From Rhina ancylostomus (taxonomy: Eukaryota): DNA of 60,176 nt. This document shows, piece by piece, positions 50,762 through 60,176 of the stretch; position 1 is the first letter of the stretch; the number at the start of each line of letters is the position of its first letter. The notes beneath the pieces were generated by a model. The model did not search any database, was not told the DNA's origin, and saw nothing but the letters and a program-made list of their open reading frames with translations. The stretch covers positions 75,877,664 through 75,937,839 of the forward strand of contig JARFYF010000112.1 in the NCBI GenBank assembly GCA_030265395.1, written 5' to 3'. The position numbers were made by a program, and so were the translations under genes.

Positions 50762-51617
50762 ATGTGTTTGAAACTAAGTAGAAGAGATTTTATTGACATG
50801 GAACTGGAGATTACGTGGCCTGTGAAAATGAGCCTGGTGGACATCACCAAGATATTTTCTATGCTGCAGCCAAAAGATGAAGAAGCTGACAATGGGGAAA
50901 TAAGTCAGCTGAATCAAGCAATCTCTAATGATGATGACAAACTGTTAGCTGAACTTTTATCCCAAGAGAGGTATGCCAGATTTATTAATAGCCGGAGTGG
51001 CTGGGGTGTTCCAGGAACCCCTCTTCGTTTAGCGGCCATGAGAGGGCACCTAAAATGTCTGGAGATTCTCCTAGAGCATGGTGCTGAGGTGGATAGTTTG
51101 GATGTGAAGGCGCAAACTCCTTTATTCACTGCTGTTAGCGGCAGGCATTTAGATTGTGTCCAGGCCTTGCTTAGGGCTGGAGCTAATCCCAACGGTAGTA
51201 TATATAACAACAGCTCACCTATTCTGGTTGCTGCCAGAGAAGGGGAAGTGGAGATATTGAAGGAACTGTTGGAACATGGAGCAGAAGTCAATGTCCGTTC
51301 CAAAGCACCAGACTGGGCCTCCAATCCCTGTGCATGTAGTGGTCCTCTCTACCTCTCTTTGGTGTATGGACACTTTGACTGCTTTCGCCTTCTTCTTTTG
51401 TATGGAGCCAATCCAGATTTTAATTGCACCGAGGAGAGATTGCTGTCACGAATTAAGCCACGAAAGACTGCGCTGGAGATGTGTTTCAGATATGGCTGTG
51501 GGACCGAATATGTCCAACTGCTCATAGACTTTGGAGCAAATGTTTATTTACCAGATCTCACTACAAATAAAAACATAAACCAAAATGAAGTATTTAAACT
51601 TTTAAATAGAGCCAGAG
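50762..51617 (+). CDS. ASB12: ASB12 ankyrin-repeat exon
   Basis: ORF 50762..51625 with ankyrin repeats; donor GAG|gtaagt after 51617. Confidence 0.95.
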
Positions 51618-53181
51618 GTAAGTAAAAAGATTTATTATTTCCATTATGTCAACTTGATTATTTAAAATCAAAACTGTCCTTTAAACAGTGTAGATTGTTT
51701 AATTTATAGAGAAGACCTGTCCTTTTATTCTCCTATTTGAAATGGCTTACAGAATCCTATTATTCATTGATTCAGTCATTAGTTTATTTGTCATAAAATG
51801 CAAGAGTTGGCTTATAAACAAGTAATTTGCAATATCAGTTGAAGTGAAACCACTAAAAAAGGTGTAATGCTTTTAGCAAACCAGGATAATAAAATCCAGG
51901 GAACGGGTGCTCATATCTCACAATGACAACCTGAAAACTTAACTTTGTTAGTAAAGAAATCTTAGAATTAAAAAAAGCAACATTTTGATTCTTAATACTG
52001 ATTATTGAAGAGGTTTTCTGTCAGGGGCAAAAAAAAAATAAAGAAACCTCTTCTGCTAATTTTGGTGGCACAGTAATTATTAGAGATGGGAACAGAAAAT
52101 TGCAGAACATAGATTAAGTGCATGTGGGCAAAACTGTGACAAATCAAGGTTAAAGTGAAGAACTGTGAACTTGTCCAGTTTGGAGCTCAGTTTAAAAAGT
52201 AAAACTATCTAAATTGTAAATTTTTAAAACTTTGAATGAGATGACATAACTACAAAGTTAGGGGGCAGTCATTTAAAACTGACAATGCAAAGGACCTTCT
52301 TTTCACAGACGGTGTGGATCTCTAGAATACTCTCCATGGACGGTTGTGGAACCTAGATCAGTTGGGGGTAAATAAATAATTGAAAGGCAAAATTGAGGGC
52401 TATGGTGAACTAGCACAAAAGAGAAGATAAGGCCTGGGACAGAATAGCTTGATCATATTGAAAGGCAGGGAAGACTTGAGGGGTCAACTTATGGGGCTTG
52501 AGGGGCCCTTTCTACTGTGCCTATGTTCTTCTGATGTATATAAAAAGAAGAATATTGTTGGGTCAATTTCTGTTCCTCACAGAAAATGTAAAGAAGGGAA
52601 GCTTTAACCTTCTTTGTGTCTATAGATACAGATGGCATGCACAAGGGAGTGAGAAAGGGTTAGAAGCACACGATGCTGGGTTTCCACCCCTATCATGGCA
52701 TCCAGGGATTTTCTGAGATACCCTGAAGATGAGAAATGCTTATGTCTGGTCTCTCTCGGACTGAAAAACCCTGAGAGACCATGTATCAAGGGAGGAAAAA
52801 AAAAATAGTTAGTGCCTTTTAAAAGGTCCCCAATGAATCTTCATTGTTGCGGATTCTCATCCTAACTTTAAGCCAAAACTCAACACCAATAACCCAAAAT
52901 GCTCCAACTCAGGTTAGACTTGCACCCAGGTACAGAAGAGAGAAAATTGCAAACATTATGTTCAACAGCTGTGATTTGAATTGCAAAGTAATTGTAAAAT
53001 TGCAGGTTTTATTTAGCTAAAACACTGATTTTAACTATTTTTGATTTTAGCTCAACCAAGATGTTTGATGTCACTAGCTAGGATAACCATCCGCAAGTAT
53101 CTGAAACAGAATGGACTACATTCCATTGACCAGCTGGATATACCACCAGTCCTGAAAAACTATGTAAAACATCAAATCTGA
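50762..53181 (+). CDS. ASB12: Ankyrin repeat and SOCS box protein 12, two coding exons (50762-51617, 53051-53181)
   Basis: DITKIFSMLQP, INSRSGWGVPGTPLRLAA, LDVKAQTPLFTAVS and CSGPLYL match recalled ASB12; the phase-1 intron joins to a SOCS box. The start could be ATG 50762, 50798 or 50828. Confidence 0.95.
53051..53181 (+). CDS. ASB12: ASB12 SOCS-box exon (A)QPRCLMSLARITIRKYLKQNGLHSIDQLDIPPVLKNYVKHQI*
   Basis: gattttag acceptor; BC-box-like PRxLxxLxRxxIR and cullin-box-like LDIPPVLKNY; TGA at 53179-53181. Confidence 0.95.
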
Positions 53182-54029
53182 GCTGACACTCAAGGCACTA
53201 CTGATTTATGTAACGTGTTCTGTAGCGATGAGATAAATTGGGCCAAAGCTGATCTTTATCATGTCCAATCATGTGACTTTAATGGTCAGATCTCATTTGC
53301 AAGAGAGTGAGACACAGGTAAAGCATTTTACTTTAAATGGTTATGAAATCAGGTCAATTATTATAGATAGTAATGGTTTGTGCATAATATTGCAAAGTTA
53401 CTTTTCTGCCTATGTGCTCTCCAAATGCTTATAGGCAGTTCTGGTTTTACTTATCTCTTACCAGCAAGATGTTTTAACTTAACTTGAATGTAATGTATTA
53501 ATTATTGTATAAAATTATTCCTTGAACTGCTTAAAAGTAAGCCTTTGTTAAACAGTGGACATTTGCAATGAAGTAAATCATAAAACAATTATACAAGAAA
53601 CAGCATGTGCTGCCAAACGTTGCTCAATTTATGTCAGATGCAAGAGACAGATTAAGAGACTCACTCCCTCAGCACTGTTTATTTCAGCACAATTCACTCA
53701 GTGCATTTGAATTGCAATGTAGTAACAATAATTCCCAGAACATATCATGTTACCTGGAAATTCAACTGGGAACTTCATGGTGTGATGGGCTTGTGTATTT
53801 GATGTAATTTCAACATCAGATACACAGCATGTGACATTATTTTCTGTGCAGAGTTGTCATGGAAATTAGTTCACATTGAACTAGGACTGGCAATCCTTGG
53901 CCACTTCTAGAAGAACTGTGTTTTCATTGTGCAACATTGGGAGGTCAGTGGGGTAAATCCTACATCAACCCTATGGATGTCACTCCATGCTCTTCATCGC
54001 AAATGCTACTGATGATCTCCCACAAACGC

Positions 54030-54765
54030 AAGAAAATAGGAGCAAAAGTTTACCACCAAACCCCTCAAGCCTGCCCTGCCATTCAATATGATCATGCCTG
54101 ATCTATGATGACCTCAGCTCCTCTTCTGGGCCAGTTCCCCATAATCTGTAATTCCTCAATCTTCCAAATATTTATCTATATCCACCTTAACAATATTGAA
54201 TGATCATGCCTCCACTTCCTTTGGGGGAGGCAGGGGCAGAGAATTCCAGAGATTCACAACCCTCTGAAAAATGTTTTTTTTAAAAAAACATCAGTTTTCA
54301 AAGATTGGTCTCTTATTTTGTATCTATGTTCCCTTATTCATGACTGTCCCACTAGAGAAAACATCACAACATTTACTCAGTCAAGCCCCTTAGGATTTTA
54401 TATGGTTGAATAAAGTTACCCCTCATTCTTCTAAACTCCAAGGAAAACAGAGCCAAACTGTCTAGTCTTGATAGGGCAACCCTCTTATCCCAGGAATTGT
54501 GCTGCCTCTTGTGCACAGTATTCCAGGTGTGGTCTCATCCTGTATAAAGTTAACAAAGACTCTTCTTAAACTCCAATTCCTTTGCAATAAAGGCCAACAT
54601 ACTGTTTGTCTTTTCACTGCTTGTTGGGTCTGTCTACTAGCATTGTACGATTCATCCACTAGAACACCCAGATTACTCTGAACTTCACTTATTTGCAGTC
54701 TCTCTCCACTTGGATAATAATGTCTCTTGATTCCTCTTCCTGAAGTGCACTTCCCTCCAACGATC
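54030..54765 (-). mobile_element. CR1-type LINE 3' fragment
   Basis: Similar to 18183-19060; GERLQISEVQSNLGVLV...QQAVK. Confidence 0.8.
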
Positions 54766-55824
54766 TGATCCTGGACTCTGCACCCCACCTCTATTTGGCC
54801 AAGGCCCCAACTCTTCAGTCCTCCAATTGGTAACAGACCTCAATTAATTGACCTTATCCCACCAAATCACCCAACCCTTCAAAATCCTGAGGCCTCACTG
54901 GAAACCCTGATCTCCATTCTCCCTGACACAGGTCCCTGATTAGTGACACAAACCAGCACTCCAAGACACCATTGGTTAGGTTAACCTGGCCCACTAGGTC
55001 CCAATCAGCCCTATAACTGCAGTGCCCAAAGGAAAACTTGCATTGCTGGCTCTGTAGCACTCAACATTACAATTCCTAAACCACAGTATATTTAAATAGT
55101 CAATTTCATGACTAATTTATTTGATAAAATTATGAACAAAAAGTATGCTCAAACTCCATTTTCTATCTCACTTTCATTGTTTGGTTAAATGCATTTGTGA
55201 GGCTGATGTGTAGATAGAGTTATGTCCTCTATAGTTATTCTAGGCTTACATGTGAAGAGTGGTTACTCATGCTAGGAACCAGATCTCCTTGGTAGCCCAC
55301 TGATGAATTCACTACCCACAGGAAGCACTTTCAATCTGCATGGAAAGAAAATAAAAGAGGCTTCTATTGAAAGAAATATGACCCCTTCTACATTAAAATA
55401 TTTACAGTTTGTGTAATGGACCACAAAAATAAAGAAAGAAAAACCCAAACTTTTGAAATTTGGGGTGTTTTTAAATTATGGTCAAAAGTATTGTGCCTAT
55501 GAACTGGAAGATACATTACAGAAAACAAATGTCTACATGTTAAGGAAATAAGCTAGGCAATGCCATTGTTGTAGGTAAACTATTGACACTCATTATTCTA
55601 TGAAACCAGTACTGGCACTCAATCTCAGACTGTTTTTAACTATCAGATTGCATGACAAGAACTGGGCTTTAGGCAGAACAGAAAAACCTCAGAATCTGCT
55701 GCAATGGTTTTCACTATGCCAATTTTCTCTGCCTAGCAGTATTCAATCACTGGAGAACAATTTTACACAAATAAAGTTTAGCAAAGTATCTACATTAAGC
55801 AAGTTTGAGTTAAAGAAGTCAAAC

Positions 55825-56075
55825 ATCATTCAGAATGGAAATGAGCCCTTCAGCCACTGAGTCTGTGCCTACCAATGACTATACATTTACACTAGTCCTA
55901 CATTAATTCTTCCCTCATTCTCATCCACTGCTCCTAGGTTTTACCACTCACTGACACACTAGGGGTAGTTTACAGTGGCAAATTAATCTTACAACCTGCA
56001 CACCTTTGGCATGTGGGAGGAAATCAGAGCACCCAGAGGAAAACCCACATAATCATAGGAAAAAAGTGCAAACTA
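55825..56075 (-). mobile_element. V-SINE (HE1-like) fragment
   Basis: tgtgggaggaaatcagagcacccagaggaaaacccac...gtgcaaact is the reverse complement of the V-domain. Confidence 0.7.
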
Positions 56076-57171
56076 TCACAATGTTGAACAAAGAGCAAGC
56101 TCACAGAGAATCCAAATGCAGCACACTGGTACAGGACTGGAGTTAGGATACTTCCTCAGGACCAAGCACTGGCAGCAACTGGAAGGAATCTTGCCTTGGA
56201 GATCTGAGTAGGAATCCCAACACAAACTGAATCTTCTAACAGGAACAGAGAATGCAGGACTGCTCNNNNNNNNNNNNNNNNNNNNNNNNNNNNNNNNNNN
56301 NNNNNNNNNNNNNNNNNNNNNNNNNNNNNNNNNNNNNNNNNNNNNNNNNNNNNNNNNNNNNNNNNNNNNNNNNNNNNNNNNNNNNNNNNNNNNNNNNNNN
56401 NNNNNNNNNNNNNNNNNNNNNNNNNNNNNNNNNNNNNNNNNNNNNNNNNNNNNNNNNNNNNNNNNNNNNNNNNNNNNNNNNNNNNNNNNNNNNNNNNNNN
56501 NNNNNNNNNNNNNNNNNNNNNNNNNNNNNNNNNNNNNNNNNNNNNNNNNNNNNNNNNNNNNNNNNNNNNNNNNNNNNNNNNNNNNNNNNNNNNNNNNNNN
56601 NNNNNNNNNNNNNNNNNNNNNNNNNNNNNNNNNNNNNNNNNNNNNNNNNNNNNNNNNNNNNNNNNNNNNNNNNNNNNNNNNNNNNNNNNNNNNNNNNNNN
56701 NNNNNNNNNNNNNNNNNNNNNNNNNNNNNNNNNNNNNNNNNNNNNNNNNNNNNNNNNNNNNNNNNNNNNNNNNNNNNNNNNNNNNNNNNNNNNNNNNNNN
56801 NNNNNNNNNNNNNNNNNNNNNNNNNNNNNNNNNNNNNNNNNNNNNNNNNNNNNNNNNNNNNNNNNNNNNNNNNNNNNNNNNNNNNNNNNNNNNNNNNNNN
56901 NNNNNNNNNNNNNNNNNNNNNNNNNNNNNNNNNNNNNNNNNNNNNNNNNNNNNNNNNNNNNNNNNNNNNNNNNNNNNNNNNNNNNNNNNNNNNNNNNNNN
57001 NNNNNNNNNNNNNNNNNNNNNNNNNNNNNNNNNNNNNNNNNNNNNNNNNNNNNNNNNNNNNNNNNNNNNNNNNNNNNNNNNNNNNNNNNNNNNNNNNNNN
57101 NNNNNNNNNNNNNNNNNNNNNNNNNNNNNNNNNNNNNNNNNNNNNNNNNNNNNNNNNNNNNNNNNNNNNNN

Positions 57172-57630
57172 CTCTGCAGCATATTGCAATCCTTTGCAAT
57201 GGAGCCTCCAAGCCTCCATCCCAGTCAGTGATGCAACCAGTCAGTCCTAACAACCAGTCCTAACAAACCAGTCAGTCCTAACAAATTCAGTCCTAACAAA
57301 GTAGAGCTGCTGGCGTGCCTTCTTTGGGATTGCATCAATACGTTAGGCCCAGGATAGATATATCCTCTGAGATGTTAACACAAAGGAACTTGAAGCTGTT
57401 CAACCTTTCCATTGCTGACTGCTCAATGAGGACTAGTGTGTGTTCTCCCGACTTCCCCTTCCTGAAGTCCACAATCAATTCCTTGGTCTTGCTGACACTG
57501 AGTGTGAGGTTGTGGTTGTGACACCATTCAACCAGATGATCTATCTCATTCTTGTACGCTTCCTTGTATCCATCTGAGATTCTACCAACAACAGTTGTGT
57601 CATTGGTGAATTTATAGATGGCATTTGAGC
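57172..57630 (-). mobile_element. Rex1/Babar-like LINE RT fragment with internal deletion and tandem repeats
   Basis: IYKFTNDTTVVGRIS...LVEWCHNHNLTLSVSKTKELIVDFRK...FKFLCVNISED. Confidence 0.82.
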
Positions 57631-60004
57631 CATCTATAAACAGGGTGCTGGGGGACTGGGTAGGTGTAAGAGAAATTGGGAAGATCAGGAGGAGAGACAA
57701 TTGTGGAGCAAAACTCAAAGGCACTGGAGAAACTCAGTGGGTCAGGCAGCATCTGTGGAGGGAAATGGACAGTTGATGTTTCAGGTCAAGACTGGAAAGA
57801 AAGAGGAGGGGTAGCTAGAATGAAAAGGTGGAGGGAAGGGATGGACCCATGATACATAGACAACCCATAAATCTTTCCAAAAGTGCAGCAAATTCTTATC
57901 TTAATTCCTTGTTTTAATTCAGCTCTAAACTGTTCCCATGTAGCTAATTCCTCTTGCTCCTCTCTCAAATATTTTAAATCTACATCAAGGTGTGACTCTT
58001 CTACTGGTGCCTGCTGCAGCTGACAATATGAGGTGTGAATTGAATGTCTCACAGTCTCAAGGCTGTCAAGTTACTCATTGCACACCATCTCTAGGGAGAC
58101 ACAGAGGGAAGAGGATTTTGTTGCTTTTAAGTGTGATACGCCTTGTTTAGCACTGCTCTAGATAAACAACAAACAAAAAACCAAGCAATTGCAAGAGTAG
58201 ACAGCATTTCAAATGTCCAGTGTTTTTAATCTGTTCACAGGATGGCAGTGTTCATTGTCCATCACTCATTGTACTGAACTAAGGAGGCTGTTAAAAGTCA
58301 ATTGCATGGGCAGGTCTAGGATAACATACAGGTCAAATGAGGCAAGAATGTCAGCTTTCTTTCCCAATACGAGATTAGTGAACCAGGTGAATCCAATGAA
58401 CCGTAATATATGGAAGGAATAGCAGCAATATCCCAATGTCCAAGCCAAATCTTCAATGTATTATGAAGAAGTACTGTAATGTTCGGGGCATTGTCTTTCA
58501 AATAATATGTTAACTGGATCAGGTAGAGTTCAAAGGTGCCATCCAATGAAGATTTATCAACAATAATCCCATGAGTCAAAAATTGCAATCCTTATTTCCT
58601 TATTTCACTCAACAGAGAAGACAGTAGTTTTCTCTGACTGAGATTTAGAGGAGAAATGCCATTCAAACAAACTGCCAAGCAGAAAATGATTGACCTCAGC
58701 AGATAATGCGGGAGCCATAAGTCACAGCAGTTTCTATTTTATAGTGCAGTGTCAGACATTTCATTTTATCTGTCTCACAAGCACAAGATCTCACAACAAT
58801 TTTAAGGTAAGGACCCTGCAAAATGCCCAGACATCTCCCTCCTGCACCCTTGGTAATGCATTGTATGCTTCTCCAATGCTCTAATTCACCATGAGCAACC
58901 TGATGAAAGATCCTTTTATTTATTCAGTACATGTACTGTGGTACACTTCATGCTGCACATTTTGGTGACTATTACACTATCCACACACACATCTTTTGTC
59001 ATACTTTCATCTGAAAGGTTCAAACTTTAAATTCATAAAATTGTAAAATTGCATCTACCATCATGAATTCATGTTCTATGAAGTTTGCATCTCAATAATT
59101 CCCTCAAGCAATTGTACATAAACAAAACAGATTCCTTCCTCAAGTTATATTAATTCTGAAAATCCTAAAACACAGTTGAGAGCCTTTTTACAAGGCAAGG
59201 CAAATATTTTCAATTTTATTTTCACCTGATGGAGAGAGTCTGAAAGAGGCTCACTGAAAGGACAAGAACATATGAGAGAGGAAAAGAGGTAAACCGAAGG
59301 AACCTGAGAAAAGGAGAAATTGACTGAGGGAGGAACATGAAAGAGCTATATATATATGTATAGCTCTATGTAGATTGAGATATATTACAGAAAGGATAAA
59401 GGCAGAGAAACAAACTGATAATCAGATGGTGAAAGTGAGACAAAACAATCAAAGATACCATGTGTGAAACACAGGAAACTACATTTTTAATATATTCCAG
59501 GTCAATCTGACATGAGCTCCAATTTACGCTTCTGCTGACCACAATTTATGATGCTTTAACTTCTGTTTAGCCTTTGTCATTGACAATCTTTATTGTTTCC
59601 CTTTCCGTTAAGAGGTTCAATGTTGAACTCTTATTCTTTCATTCTGTGCTCAGCATTGGTAGTTCTTCTTCCAATTTTAGACCCCTTTGCATAGATTCTT
59701 CCTCCACTCTACCATCAGTGACAAGACCTCCAGTAGTGTCAAGGTCTACTTGAAATTTCCTCCTTAAAGCTCACTACTTCTCTGCTCTTCCCCTTTTAAA
59801 ATATTACTGAAACTTACCTTCCAGACCCTGCTTCTGAAACAGTACAGTAAAACAGTTTTAAACAGTAAGGATGCAATGTAAAAGTAATTAATTGATTTAC
59901 CAAGGACTATCATTCCTGGGTTTAGACAATCTCCCCAAAGGCTGATAAGCACAAAGAATGTATTGTTTTCTTTTAGGGATCCAGGGAAACTTGGCAGTGT
60001 CAAT

Positions 60005-60176
60005 TCAGAATTGGCTCACCCATAGCAGATAGAGGGTGGTTGTAGATGGAGTGTATTCTGCCTGGAGGTCAGTGACCAGTGGTGTTGCGGAGGGATCTGT
60101 TCTGGGACCCCTGCTCATTGTGATTTTTATAAATAACTTGGATGAGGATGTGGAAGGGTGGGTTAGTAAGTTTGCT
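60005..60176 (+). mobile_element. CR1-type LINE RT fragment running off the window end
   Basis: RVVVDGVYSAWRSVTSGVAEGSVLGPLLIVIFINNLDEDVEGWVSKFA. Confidence 0.85.

Noticed and set aside
50914-51324. 136-aa antisense ORF over ASB12
   Set aside because: Shadow of the ASB12 coding frame, with no independent features.
56076-57253. ORFs of 327-368 aa
   Set aside because: Almost entirely X residues from the 56266-57171 gap.
57241-57300. CRISPR-like repeat/spacer pattern
   Set aside because: 12-bp units with spacers of only 1-6 nt inside a eukaryotic LINE; no cas genes.

Overview
Vertebrate genomic DNA from a gapped draft assembly. The repeat content (CR1-type LINEs, HE1/V-SINE-like, Deu-SINE-like, Penelope, Rex1/Babar, Tx1 and L1 fragments) suggests a cartilaginous fish; this is an inference. 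Two intact + strand genes are present. MTMR8 has 13 coding exons traced by hand from 10926 to 31749, all GT-AG and phase-compatible, with an intact HCSDGWDRT catalytic motif; the short first coding exon is probably in the N-gap at 4013-4466, next to a GC-box/TCTCGCGAGA promoter. ASB12 has an ankyrin-repeat exon and a SOCS-box exon (50762-53181). The MTMR8-then-ASB12 order matches the known mammalian arrangement. The main anomaly lies between them on the - strand: two consecutive, uninterrupted exons of DNA polymerase epsilon (POLE; 154 nt and 107 nt) with intact splice sites, and no other POLE exon found by eye. Other points of interest are three stacked Tx1-like 3' ends next to the MTMR8 promoter (one split by an L1 with a 10-bp target-site duplication), an intronic fold-back whose arms share private substitutions, decayed hammerhead-ribozyme-like cores in Penelope ends, a palindromic MEF2 site upstream of ASB12, and a templated-repeat deletion scar. 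All family and orthology calls come from recognising sequence from memory, not from database searches. Repeat boundaries are approximate.
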